Source: Nitrosopumilus sp. (GTDB taxonomy: Archaea > Thermoproteota > Nitrososphaeria > Nitrososphaerales > Nitrosopumilaceae). From it: DNA of 64,000 bases. Shown here in pieces: positions 9,956 to 19,738 of this stretch (within the stretch, counting starts at the first letter, position 1; the number at the start of each line of letters is the position of its first letter). The position numbers and the translations under genes are program-made. The DNA is taken from contig OZ242041.1 of the NCBI GenBank assembly GCA_965205215.1, forward strand, positions 160,001-224,000, in the 5' to 3' direction. The notes under the pieces are model-generated. The model was not told the origin of the DNA. It searched no databases and worked only from the letters and a program-made list of their open reading frames with translations.

Positions 9956-10197
9956 CACAGCATCTAACATCTTGGAGGGTTGAACCACATCCGGCAAATT
10001 GTCAAGGAAGTGGTGGGGAGCGGGCATCCTCCTCCCCAACGTACGCTGTAGACGAATGCGCCGCGTCTGGGCAAAAGTCGCGTATGCACCGCCAAACATG
10101 CCACAATCACGCCAAAATGTGCCGGGCCGAGACACGACAGATGCGCCTAAAATCCGCAAATTGAGGGATAAATCTGCAAGATTGGACAGCGCCACGC

Positions 10198-10277
10198 GTA
10201 TGCACTCAGGTCCCTTGAAGATTCGTGCCTATTTCTCAGTATTTTGCAAATTCACAGGCACGGACGTGAGTCCATAC
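10198..10277. mobile_element. 80-bp MITE-like inverted-repeat element, copy 2
   Basis: Same length and 68/80 identical to copy 1 (ungapped, counted by eye). Confidence 0.6.
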
Positions 10278-10311
10278 CGCCACGCCCCTGCATGATTTTA
10301 AATACGGATAG

Positions 10312-11793
10312 GTGCACCCGGACGTATTGGCAGACGCATACGACGTGATAGTCGCAGGGGGAGGCCTGGCAGGCACGATAGCAGCCCAGTCCGTATCCCA
10401 CTACACCAACCAGAACGCAAGCATACTCGTGATAGACCGCAACCCCCAGCACAGGCCGGGCAGGAAGTCCCTGGCCGGATGGGTGTGCGGGGACGCGTGC
10501 TCAAAGGAGGCAGTCGACTACATGACGGAGCACATAGGAATCAGCTGGACCAGGCCCGAGATCGAGCACGACGTCAAGGGGGTGATGGCGTTCTCGCCGG
10601 ACAGGGAGACGTCCATACCGTTTGACGGGGACGGATACATGCTAAACAGGCAGAAGCTTCCGGAGGTTCAGAACGCAAGGTGCCAAAAGGCCGGCATAGA
10701 GTTTGACTACGAGATCAACCTCACCGGGCTGGAATACGAGAACGGCAACGGCCAAGTAGTCGGGGTCAAGGGCATCGACAACAAGACCGGCCAGCCGTAC
10801 TCAAAGTCGTCCAAGGTGGTGGTCGACGCGACCGGCGTCACGTCGATGCTCCGCAACGGGATAAAGAACACCACGAAGGTGGAGAGGAGGATAGACAGGC
10901 GCGACCTGGAGTCCACCGGCAGGTACATCATGTACTTTGAAAAGGCAGAGGAGGACCTGTCCGACTTTGATCCGGACTACTGCATCATACACCTCGACCA
11001 GGACATAGCGCCCGGAGGGTACGGTTGGGTCTTTCCAAAGGGGGACGACAAGGTAAACATAGGACTGGGCGTGGAAAAGTCGCTGCTCAAAAGGAGAAAC
11101 GAGAGGCTCGGCAAGCGCGACAACGTCGAATCCCTGATGTCCGAATACCTGAACAGAAACAGGGCGATAGCAAACCCAAGGCTGTCGACGGACCTGGAGG
11201 ACGAGCACAACAACTCCGGGATATTCCAGGTGTCGGTAAGGCGCCAGAACGACTGCATGGTGTCCGGGGGATACCTCCTTGTCGGGGACTCGGCGTGGAT
11301 GCCAAAGCCGATTGACGCGGGCGGAATAGGGCCCGCCCTGATTGCCGGCACGATACTGGGCAGGTGCGTCGCGACGGCGCTGGAGGCCCAGGACTTCACG
11401 GAGAGAGGGCTGTGGCAGTACAACCTCGACTTTATAGAGGAGTACGGCTACAAGACGGCCGGGCTGGAGCTCTTCCGCAGGCTTGTCCAGCAGATGACAA
11501 ACGAGCAGATCAGTTACGGCATGAAGCACTTCCTGGGCAACATGGACGTGGAGTCGATAAGCAAGGGGGAGCACCCAGATTTTTCCGGGCTGGGCAAGCT
11601 GAGCATGATAATCAGGGGCGCCATGAACAAGACCGTGGCGGACGGCCTCCGGTACACCTCAAAGGAGAACCAGTGGCTCGTGGACCACTACAGGAACTAC
11701 CCAAGCGAGCCGTCGGGCTTTGACGCGTGGAACAGGGAGCTGCACGACAGGATGGACGGCGCCTTTGCAAAGGTGGCCGCCTTTGGCAGCTGA
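10312..11793 (+). CDS. Geranylgeranyl reductase-family FAD oxidoreductase
   Basis: GGGLAG FAD motif, VCGDA, GGYGWVFP, LVGDSA, GGIGPA. Confidence 0.9.
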   Translation: MHPDVLADAYDVIVAGGGLAGTIAAQSVSHYTNQNASILVIDRNPQHRPGRKSLAGWVCGDACSKEAVDYMTEHIGISWTRPEIEHDVKGVMAFSPDRETSIPFDGDGYMLNRQKLPEVQNARCQKAGIEFDYEINLTGLEYENGNGQVVGVKGIDNKTGQPYSKSSKVVVDATGVTSMLRNGIKNTTKVERRIDRRDLESTGRYIMYFEKAEEDLSDFDPDYCIIHLDQDIAPGGYGWVFPKGDDKVNIGLGVEKSLLKRRNERLGKRDNVESLMSEYLNRNRAIANPRLSTDLEDEHNNSGIFQVSVRRQNDCMVSGGYLLVGDSAWMPKPIDAGGIGPALIAGTILGRCVATALEAQDFTERGLWQYNLDFIEEYGYKTAGLELFRRLVQQMTNEQISYGMKHFLGNMDVESISKGEHPDFSGLGKLSMIIRGAMNKTVADGLRYTSKENQWLVDHYRNYPSEPSGFDAWNRELHDRMDGAFAKVAAFGS

Positions 11794-11943
11794 CGGGGCG
11801 CCTGCTGGCAGAACCCACAGGCGGCCGCAATACCGACGACGGTATGATGGTGCGGTATGACGATGATGACGATGATGATGCCGCCACCGACGCTGCGCAT
11901 CGTTATCATCTAGTTAAAATATCGCACGCGCGCATCAGCATCA

Positions 11944-12888
11944 GTGTCAACCGGAGAGTCGCACCAAGTATCGTCACCGTCACCAGAAACGCCACCACAA
12001 AATGAACCGCCTGTCACGCCGGACGGTCTGTCCAAAAATACGGCGACGGCGCCGCCATACCTGGACTGGAACGGCTCGCTTGAGATACTGCGCAACGCGT
12101 ACGAGTCCGGACTCTTCGTACTCGTGATAGGCCCAAAGGGCACGGGCAAGACCTCGCTCGTAAGGGAGTTTGCGCGCATCACCGGGGAGAGGACGGGCAG
12201 GGAGAACAGCGGCCTCGAGTCGATCAACTTTAGCCTCAGGACGCGCGAGAGCCACCTTGTAGGCTCAAAGACGCTCAGCGGGGGCGACGTCTCCTTCGAG
12301 GAGGGGATACTCGTGCGGTCCATGAGGGGCGGGGGCATTCTATACCTAGACGAGATAAACGCGGCCGAGGCCGACGTGCTGTTGAGGCTCGACGAGGCCC
12401 TCGACGACAGGCGCCAGCTCGTGCTAAAGGAGTCGTCTGCAATGGAGGTGGTGCGGGCGGACAGCGGCTGGTTCGTGGTCGCAACGATAAACCCGCTTAC
12501 GCACAGCGGCACAAAGGAGCTGCCGCCCCAGCTCCTGAGCAGGTTCCCAGTAAGGATAAAGCTAGAGTACCCGCCCGAGGACGTGGAGATTGAGATCGTA
12601 AGGGCGCACTTTGGGGACAGCCGCTACGACGAGGGGCACAGGGAGGACATCATGCAGGCCGTGAAGCTTGCCAACACGCTGCGGCAGGCGGCCGCCGTGG
12701 AGGAGCTGTTCTACTCGCCAAGCATCAGGGAGACCATCGCGTTTGCAAAACTGCTTGGGAGGGGCGTGCCGGCAAGAAAGGCGGCCGACTGGGTGTTCGG
12801 GAACGTGTACGCGCAGTGGGGCCAGATAGAGCACCAGAAGGTGAGCGACGTGATAACCTCGATGTTCGGGGAGCGGGCGGCGGCATGA
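11944..12888 (+). CDS. MoxR/CbbQ-NirQ-NorQ-type AAA+ ATPase
   Basis: Walker A GPKGTGKT, Walker B LYLDEIN, ATINP, LLSRF, SPSIRE. Confidence 0.93.
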   Translation: MSTGESHQVSSPSPETPPQNEPPVTPDGLSKNTATAPPYLDWNGSLEILRNAYESGLFVLVIGPKGTGKTSLVREFARITGERTGRENSGLESINFSLRTRESHLVGSKTLSGGDVSFEEGILVRSMRGGGILYLDEINAAEADVLLRLDEALDDRRQLVLKESSAMEVVRADSGWFVVATINPLTHSGTKELPPQLLSRFPVRIKLEYPPEDVEIEIVRAHFGDSRYDEGHREDIMQAVKLANTLRQAAAVEELFYSPSIRETIAFAKLLGRGVPARKAADWVFGNVYAQWGQIEHQKVSDVITSMFGERAAA

Positions 12889-12922
12889 GCGACGGCACCG
12901 GCACCGGCGATACCGGCCGCAG

Positions 12923-14560
12923 GTGATTGCCGTGGACGCGCATCCTGCCGCAACCCCGGGAATCGCGCGCGGGGCGCGGCGGCAGATCAAGATCTCGGCC
13001 GAGTCGCTGATGGAGATAGCCACATTCCTTGCAAGAAGGTGGTCGGAGAACGACTCCATGACAGTCCAGATCCCAGAACGCATGTCGGAGACCAAGACCA
13101 GGCTGTCCGACAACCTCATAGTGATAGCTCCGCCCGGGAGGCGCACCGGCGACGGGTTCCAGCGGTACAGGCAGTTCCGCACGGCTCTGTGGTACGAGTC
13201 CACAAGGGCCCTGCACTGCACCAAGATTCTCAGCAACGACCACGCGTTCGGGTTCATACTCAACGCGATGGAGACGTGCCGGATAGAGCACATGGGCCGA
13301 AAGGTGTGGCGCGGCATGGACGACGAGATTGTCATGTACCACGCCCACATGCTGGTGGAGAGGCCCCAGCTGCACGAGGTGTACGGAAGGGCCCGCATAG
13401 TCGAGGCGTTCTACCAGCAGCTGCTGTTCGGGGCCGTAAAGGGCGAGTTACAGGCAAGCCATGCCGAGCGCGTCGCGAGGGCTGCCGAGTTTGCAAGGGG
13501 CGTGATATCAGAGGCGGTATCAGAGGGCAGGGGCACGGACTGGGTAGAGGGGCACACGAGCCGCATCATAAAGATGCTGGACATAGACTCGCTCATGACA
13601 ATACCGGTCTCCCTGCCGTTCATGAGGGCCGGCATGGCGCTCGACGAGAAGGAGATGCTAAAGGTGCTAAAGGTGGTCCTGCAGCACGACAAAAGGTCGG
13701 GGCTCGCGGAGAACGCAAGGGACGCCTCGTCCATACTGCGCGGCTCGGAGGACATACACGGCGAGTATACCATGCTGCTTGAGGAGAACCAGCGGGCCGA
13801 GAACAAGGGGCTTGCGTCTGAGCCCATCGGAATCCAGACCCCGGCGGGCGCAGAGGGCGCCGACGAGTCGGCCATATACGACGCCGCCCTGATAAACGGG
13901 CTCAAGGCAAAGTTCAAGGAGTGGAAGAGCGGATGGAGCGAGACGCACGTCGCGTCGGCGGGGGAGGAGTTTGACGGGGAGAGCTACATCGAGGGGCACG
14001 ATCCGTTCGTCACGGACGTGAAAAAGTCGATAAAGACCAGGATCACCATACTGCTCGACCACTCGTCCTCGATCGCGTCGGACGCCAGAGAGTACAAAAA
14101 GGCGACCCTGGCGCTCTGCGAGGTGCTCTCGTTTCTGAGGGTGTCGTTCTCCGTCTACGCGTTCAGCACGCAGGAGAGATCCGTCGTATGCTGGTCCATA
14201 AAGCCGGAGGCCGCAAAGTGGAACACCTCCGCGGCAAAGAGGCTCGCAAGGATAGTCGCAAACGGCTCGACCCCGCTTGCAGAGGTGTACGACAAGATGT
14301 ACCCCATACTCCAGGCAAGGAGGCCTGACATATTCCTGACGCTGACTGACGGGGAGCCGTCTGACCCCGACGCGGTCAGGGAGATGATAACGGGGCTGAA
14401 GGGACTGGGCACGGGCATGGTGGCGCTGGGCCTGGGCCCCAACATCACAAGGGCCACCGCGATTGCAAGCAACCTGAGGCGGCTCGGATACGAAAGGACG
14501 GTGGCCGTAAGCAGGCTGGCCGACATACCAAACAAGGTGATGGGGATACTGGAGGCGTGA
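12923..14560 (+). CDS. von Willebrand factor A domain protein (NorD/CbbO-like partner)
   Basis: MIDAS motif LLDHSSS, NGSTPL, LTDGEP in the C-terminal domain. Confidence 0.9.
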   Translation: MIAVDAHPAATPGIARGARRQIKISAESLMEIATFLARRWSENDSMTVQIPERMSETKTRLSDNLIVIAPPGRRTGDGFQRYRQFRTALWYESTRALHCTKILSNDHAFGFILNAMETCRIEHMGRKVWRGMDDEIVMYHAHMLVERPQLHEVYGRARIVEAFYQQLLFGAVKGELQASHAERVARAAEFARGVISEAVSEGRGTDWVEGHTSRIIKMLDIDSLMTIPVSLPFMRAGMALDEKEMLKVLKVVLQHDKRSGLAENARDASSILRGSEDIHGEYTMLLEENQRAENKGLASEPIGIQTPAGAEGADESAIYDAALINGLKAKFKEWKSGWSETHVASAGEEFDGESYIEGHDPFVTDVKKSIKTRITILLDHSSSIASDAREYKKATLALCEVLSFLRVSFSVYAFSTQERSVVCWSIKPEAAKWNTSAAKRLARIVANGSTPLAEVYDKMYPILQARRPDIFLTLTDGEPSDPDAVREMITGLKGLGTGMVALGLGPNITRATAIASNLRRLGYERTVAVSRLADIPNKVMGILEA

Positions 14561-14636
14561 CTGTCCTTGCACGCGCGCACCGGCGGGCGGGCCGCCGATC
14601 TTACATTTTATAAGAGTATGATGGAAACATTCCAGC

Positions 14637-16223
14637 ATGGACGCAGACGGGCCCCCCCTGCTAGAGCGCTTTGAGCGCGAGATATGGTCCAAGGTGCCGC
14701 ACCTTGAGCGCGGTGGGGACGGCGGCCAGGGCGCCACGACGGTGGTCGGCGCCACGCCCCTGGTAGACATCACAGAGCACCTCAGGGAGTGCGCCAGGGC
14801 CGCATACAGGACGGACCTGCCAAGCCCCGACCTGCGCGTCATGGGCAAGCTAGAGTCCGAGCTCCTGACGGGCTCCATAAAGGTGAGGCCGGCGGTCCAC
14901 ATCATACACGATGCGATAAAAAGCGGCAAGCTGAGGGACGGCCAGGCCGTAATAGAGGCCACGTCCGGCAACTTTGGGATAGCGCTGGGACTGCTTGCAA
15001 GGCTGGGCCTAAAGGTGGTGGCCCTCGTCTCAAGAAGGCTCCAGGAGGGCGTGTTTGCAGAGCTTCGAAGCGAGGGAGTCCACATAATCGACCTCGACAT
15101 GGACGTCTGCCCCGCGCCCGGCATGAAGGGAAACAAGGACGAGATTGCCGCAAGGGCGGCGGCCGCGAACATACGGGCGCAGATGCTCAATCTGGGATTT
15201 CCGACAGGGCCGTTTGATGACAACATGGCCGGGATACTGGAGCTGCTGCAGGCCCAGGACATCATAAACCTGGCAAAGCTTCTTGCAAGGGCGTACGGGT
15301 GCTTTTGCCCCGCCCAGTATGACAACAGCCTCAACCCCGAGGCGCACCGCACCGTTACGGCGGTGGAGACGGACCAGCAGCTTGCCGCAGAGGGCGGGTC
15401 GCTTGACGGGTACCGCATAGTCTGCACGTTCGGCACGGGCGGCACCTCCTCCGGATTCAACGAGTACATGAATGACAGGTACGGCCAAAAGGCCGTGCAC
15501 GTGGTCTTCCCCCCCGTGGGACAGGACGTGGCGGGCATCAGGACGCAGGCCACGGCCGACGGGCTGTCGATGTACAGGCCCGACTCGTACGAGGGCCAGC
15601 ACATAATAGACTTTGAAAAGGCAAGGCCGCTGCACCGCTTCTTTGTAAAGCAGAAGGGGCTTGACATGGGAGAGAGTTCGGCGCTCGCGCTGTACGCGGC
15701 GATGCAGATGTCCATAGACGGCAAGGCGCAGAAATTCGTGGTGATAATAGCAGACGGCGTCGCCAAGTACCGCAAGGCAATGGAAGAGGCAGAAAGGAGG
15801 GAAAAGCAGGGGAAGGAGGGACGCATCCAGGTCTCGCTTGAGGACGCGGCCCAGTCTGCCGACGACTATGACAGGATAGTGTGGGTCCACCCACAGTATA
15901 CGCCGCGCGAGGAGGGCCTCGAGGTGATTGCAAAGTCGCTGGGCGTATCCAAGGACAAGATAACCGTGCAAAAGGCGAGCACCGTGGGACAGCTGCTCAC
16001 AGACAGAAAGGTCCCGGAGGAGATGAGCCGCGACCTGCAGCACGATAATAGTGAAAAGGGCAAGTGCCTGCTGATCTGCATGGCCGGAAACACCTCGCTG
16101 ATGGCCACAAAGGTGCTTGTGGGAAACGGCATAGCCGCAGAAAGCCTCAACGGGGGGATAACCGGCCTGCCGGAGAGCATGATGATGAGCCCGGGCCAGC
16201 TTGTAAAGCCGGCAACCGACTAG
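14637..16223 (+). CDS. PLP-dependent cysteine synthase-family enzyme with C-terminal rhodanese-like domain
   Basis: GATPLV, TGSIKVR (PLP Lys), EATSGNFG, QYDN, FGTGGT; C-terminal ICMAGNTS...SLNGG. Confidence 0.85.
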   Translation: MDADGPPLLERFEREIWSKVPHLERGGDGGQGATTVVGATPLVDITEHLRECARAAYRTDLPSPDLRVMGKLESELLTGSIKVRPAVHIIHDAIKSGKLRDGQAVIEATSGNFGIALGLLARLGLKVVALVSRRLQEGVFAELRSEGVHIIDLDMDVCPAPGMKGNKDEIAARAAAANIRAQMLNLGFPTGPFDDNMAGILELLQAQDIINLAKLLARAYGCFCPAQYDNSLNPEAHRTVTAVETDQQLAAEGGSLDGYRIVCTFGTGGTSSGFNEYMNDRYGQKAVHVVFPPVGQDVAGIRTQATADGLSMYRPDSYEGQHIIDFEKARPLHRFFVKQKGLDMGESSALALYAAMQMSIDGKAQKFVVIIADGVAKYRKAMEEAERREKQGKEGRIQVSLEDAAQSADDYDRIVWVHPQYTPREEGLEVIAKSLGVSKDKITVQKASTVGQLLTDRKVPEEMSRDLQHDNSEKGKCLLICMAGNTSLMATKVLVGNGIAAESLNGGITGLPESMMMSPGQLVKPATD

Positions 16224-16312
16224 GGCCGCGCCAAACGCCGTGTCGGCCCGCACACAGCCAACACCGCAACCGCCGGCGCCATGATTATATGCATACCACC
16301 GCTTACACGGCC

Positions 16313-16786
16313 ATGAAGTGCCTGTCAGTCTGCCAGCCCTTTGCGGACCTCATCGTACGCGGCAAGAAGACAGTCGAGCTGCGCGGCTGGAACACCAGAT
16401 TCCGCGGCGAGTTCCTGGTGCACTCCCCGCAAAGGGTGCGCATCCCAGACTGCAGGAGGCTCGGCATGAGGCCGGACTCGCTGGCGACGGGCGCAATCAT
16501 AGGCAAGGCGACGATCTACGACGTCACGAGATACGAGACCGCGGCAGAACTGAGGAGGGACCGAGCCAGACACCATGCCGCAGTGACGGGGCCAGAACTC
16601 GGGAGGGGTCACAGGTACGGGTTCCTGCTGGAGTCTCCAAAGGCGTTTAGGATACCGATCCCGTACAAGGGAGGCCTCGGGTTCTTTGACGCCAGGCTGC
16701 CGGACATGACAGGAAGTCCCGACGGCACGGCGCTTGCAGAGATAATCGACGAGGAGCACCGCTACCGCCTGGTGGGGCACCACTGA
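16313..16786 (+). CDS. ASCH domain protein
   Basis: MKCLSVCQPFADLIVRGKKTVELRGW. Confidence 0.92.
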   Translation: MKCLSVCQPFADLIVRGKKTVELRGWNTRFRGEFLVHSPQRVRIPDCRRLGMRPDSLATGAIIGKATIYDVTRYETAAELRRDRARHHAAVTGPELGRGHRYGFLLESPKAFRIPIPYKGGLGFFDARLPDMTGSPDGTALAEIIDEEHRYRLVGHH

Positions 16787-16867
16787 GCGGCGCCAGAAGG
16801 CAGGGATGCGCAATACGCGCCGCGGGCAAAATGTCTAGTATATATATGAGGCTTAAAAAGGCTTTTT

Positions 16868-17431
16868 GTGCCCCAGACAAAGCCTGTCGTGAGCGTAGAG
16901 AACGTCGTGGCCTCGGCATCAGTCGACCAGAAGATCGATCTCAACGAGATTACGAAGAAGTTTCCTGACACCGAGTACCATCCAGAACAGTTCCCCGGGC
17001 TGGTATTCAGGCTCAACAACCCGCGCACGGCCACGCTGATATTCAGGACGGGCAAGATGGTCTGCACCGGGGCAAAGTCAGAGGAGATGTCCATAAAGGC
17101 GGTCAACACGGTGGTGCAGAGGCTCCGGAGGGGCAAGATCAAGATAAAGAAGGACGCCGTCATAACCGTGCAGAACATAGTGGCGGCAATCAACCTCGGC
17201 GGCAAGATCCACCTGGAAAAGGCCGCAAGGACGCTGCCGCGCAGCATGTACGAGCCGGAGCAGTTCCCAGGACTCATACACCGCATGCTGGATCCCAAGA
17301 CCGTGATACTGCTGTTTGCATCAGGCAAGCTGGTCTGCACCGGGGCCAAAAAGGAGACCGACGTGTACCGGTCGGTGCACAACCTGCACGCGCTGCTTGA
17401 GGAAAAAAACCTGATGATATACGAGCAGTAA
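16868..17431 (+). CDS. tbp: TATA-box binding protein
   Basis: Two repeats of NVVAS/NIVAA...Y(H/E)PEQFPGL...GK(M/L)VCTGAK. Confidence 0.99.
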   Translation: MPQTKPVVSVENVVASASVDQKIDLNEITKKFPDTEYHPEQFPGLVFRLNNPRTATLIFRTGKMVCTGAKSEEMSIKAVNTVVQRLRRGKIKIKKDAVITVQNIVAAINLGGKIHLEKAARTLPRSMYEPEQFPGLIHRMLDPKTVILLFASGKLVCTGAKKETDVYRSVHNLHALLEEKNLMIYEQ

Positions 17432-17547
17432 CGTCATAGTAACGGGTGCCACAATGGACTACGCGGATTGCAACAGGAGCCATGCGCGCATCGCACAAAT
17501 GAAAGAGGGTCTGCGGCGCCGCGTCTCTTTGGAGGGGGCGGCCTGCG

Positions 17548-17790
17548 ATGGGGCCTGACGGCAGCGGCCCGGATCAAGTCCGGCTGCAAAGGCAGCGCGA
17601 AAAGCTCACACCGAACTCCGGGTTCTGCCTTGTTGGGATCGACCGGCTGGCAGACGTCAGGGGCGAGCTGTACGAGATAAGGCGTTATGACAGATATCAG
17701 GACGCGCTGGACGCCAAGAATTCCCGGGACAGTCCGGAGGAGTACTACGTACTGTACAGGGACGCAGAGGGCAACTGCTGCCACAGATAA
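17548..17790 (+). CDS. Small conserved hypothetical protein
   Basis: Codon style typical of real genes here; resembles a Nitrosopumilaceae hypothetical from memory. Confidence 0.65.
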   Translation: MGPDGSGPDQVRLQRQREKLTPNSGFCLVGIDRLADVRGELYEIRRYDRYQDALDAKNSRDSPEEYYVLYRDAEGNCCHR

Positions 17791-17826
17791 ACGCGGACAG
17801 TTTGCGGGCGCATCCTGGTGGTACGG

Positions 17827-18690
17827 TTAGTTTGCAAGCCTGAACTCCGACTCGGCCTCATCCACACCGTTGTCGGCGCGGACAACAAAGGTTCCGGACT
17901 CGGCCCAGCCGCCGCTTATGCCGGCTATGGTAAGCGTAGAGTATGTACCGTCCCCGCTTACCCGGACCGACTCACGCCAAACTACGGAGTCTGACGGGTT
18001 CTCAATCGAGAGGCTGACGTGTCCGTCTTCACCCGACCACCCGCTGAGAGATATTAGATCCCCCCCGGCGTAGCTTTCAAGATCCGTCCTTATGGAGAAC
18101 TCCCCGGGCGTCGGAGGATCCACGGTGACGCCGTTCCCGGCTGTAACACCCCCAGGGCCGCCGCCATTATCAGATGTCATGAGCGCGGCCGCGGCGGCTG
18201 CAACTATCGCAACGATTATGACTCCCGCCAAAATGGCGACGATCTTGCCCTTGGGGCCGCCGGTCTTTCTGGTAGTGGAGTGTATGAGCCGCACGGATTC
18301 GCCGCCTTCGTCCGGGCCACGGTCCTGCTGCTGTTGCCGCTCATAATGACCACGATGATCACGGTGGCGCGGATCCGGCGGTGGGGGCGATGTATGCGTC
18401 CCGTATGCGCCAGGAGCGCCCTCCGCCTGGGCTCTTGCCTTCTCCGGCAGTATGACGTCTGGAGACACGCCCTTGTCGGGCGCCGGGCTCGAGGCGTCCT
18501 CCAGCGGGTTCGTCCTCAGATAGCGCTCCGTCAGATCACGCACGTATTTTCTCTCATAGTTGCTGATGACCTCGCCGTTCTTGCACGCCCGGTAGATGTC
18601 CTTGAGGATTCTGTCGTCCCCAAAATCACCATCAAGCAGCTTCTTTATGTCGTCAATCATAGCCTCGGCCATCAGTCTCCTATCAGACAC
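17827..18690 (-). CDS. Single-pass membrane protein with C-terminal Ig-like domain
   Basis: N-terminal GDDRILKDIYRAC helical domain, TM helix, TDLESYAGGD.I.LSG beta-sandwich signature. Confidence 0.8.
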   Translation of the reverse strand: MSDRRLMAEAMIDDIKKLLDGDFGDDRILKDIYRACKNGEVISNYERKYVRDLTERYLRTNPLEDASSPAPDKGVSPDVILPEKARAQAEGAPGAYGTHTSPPPPDPRHRDHRGHYERQQQQDRGPDEGGESVRLIHSTTRKTGGPKGKIVAILAGVIIVAIVAAAAAALMTSDNGGGPGGVTAGNGVTVDPPTPGEFSIRTDLESYAGGDLISLSGWSGEDGHVSLSIENPSDSVVWRESVRVSGDGTYSTLTIAGISGGWAESGTFVVRADNGVDEAESEFRLAN

Positions 18691-18865
18691 GCGTTATTTA
18701 TGCATGCAATGTGGGGCGTGCGGCGGCAGTGGCGGGGGTGCGAATACCGCCCCGCGCATCCGTCAGGCGCCAGACCGGGCCGGATTGAAGCAGGGCCGGC
18801 AAGCCACTCTGGCGCCGCGGCCGCAATACCCAAGTTTTTTATAAACATGCAGGAGGTGATACCCA

Positions 18866-19207
18866 ATGAAACAGATCACGGCAACCGTCCCGGCCAGCAG
18901 GAAGAACGCGGTCGTGGACGCCATTAACGACATAGTCGGGGGCTTCACCATCACCGAGGGAAGGGGCCGCGGCTCAAGCAAGAGGCAGACTGTCAAGATG
19001 GGAAGGGGGACCGGCTCGATGACTGCCGACTATAACGAGGTCGTGTCCATAGCAACCATCGTCCCCGACGCGGACGTCCCAAGAATCTCAGATGTGATAG
19101 CGGGGGCTGCATATACGGGAAGCCCGGGTGACGGAATCATAGTGGTGACAGATGTCGACAGCGTGCTGAACATCACAACAAAAAAGAGTGGTGAACAGGC
19201 CCTCTGA
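18866..19207 (+). CDS. glnB: P-II family nitrogen regulatory protein
   Basis: EGRGRG T-loop start, AYTGSPGDG B-loop; TTTATAAA upstream; T-run downstream. Confidence 0.92.
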   Translation: MKQITATVPASRKNAVVDAINDIVGGFTITEGRGRGSSKRQTVKMGRGTGSMTADYNEVVSIATIVPDADVPRISDVIAGAAYTGSPGDGIIVVTDVDSVLNITTKKSGEQAL

Positions 19208-19366
19208 CCATTTTTTTTGGCCGCACACATGGCCGTCCACTTGTCGCGCCAAGCTGCCGCATGGCGCATGCCCGGCAGGGCCCGATGCGCGGCAAGCCAG
19301 ACAAGACACGGGGCGCAAAGGAGCCCCCCAAAAACCCAAAAAAGGAAGATGTGGGCGCGGTTGAAT

Positions 19367-19606
19367 CTACTGCTGGCCCTCGATTCCCATCAGCGTCAGG
19401 GTGGACCTAATCTTTGGAATCTTTCTAATCTTCCAAGTGATGGTCTCACGCAGGGCCTCGACCAAGGACGACTCCACCTTGGCCAGAATGTCGTACGCGC
19501 CAAAGGTGCCGTGCACTTCTACGACACCCTCTATGGATTTCAGCTCGTTTATAACAGCCTCTTCTGACCCCAGCTCGCAGTTTATCAGGACGTAGGCCGT
19601 GGCCAT
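19367..19606 (-). CDS. Lrp/AsnC ligand-binding (RAM) domain protein
   Basis: AYVLINCELG, GTFGAYDILAKVE, IRSTLTL. Confidence 0.93.
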   Translation of the reverse strand: MATAYVLINCELGSEEAVINELKSIEGVVEVHGTFGAYDILAKVESSLVEALRETITWKIRKIPKIRSTLTLMGIEGQQ

Positions 19607-19738
19607 TATGCGCATCCTCCATTAATCATACATCTATAGAAACCCCCAATTATATAAGATTGGCCAGTACGGTTCTCTCGAAAATACGGTTGCGGTAGTT
19701 TATATGTACTTATTAAGAAGGGGCATCACGCCCGCGCG

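Noticed and set aside
13667-15826. Long antisense ORFs (719 aa here; also 50871-52289, 32721-34019, 15030-16253)
   Set aside because: Shadow frames of well-supported genes in high-GC DNA, with no recognisable motifs
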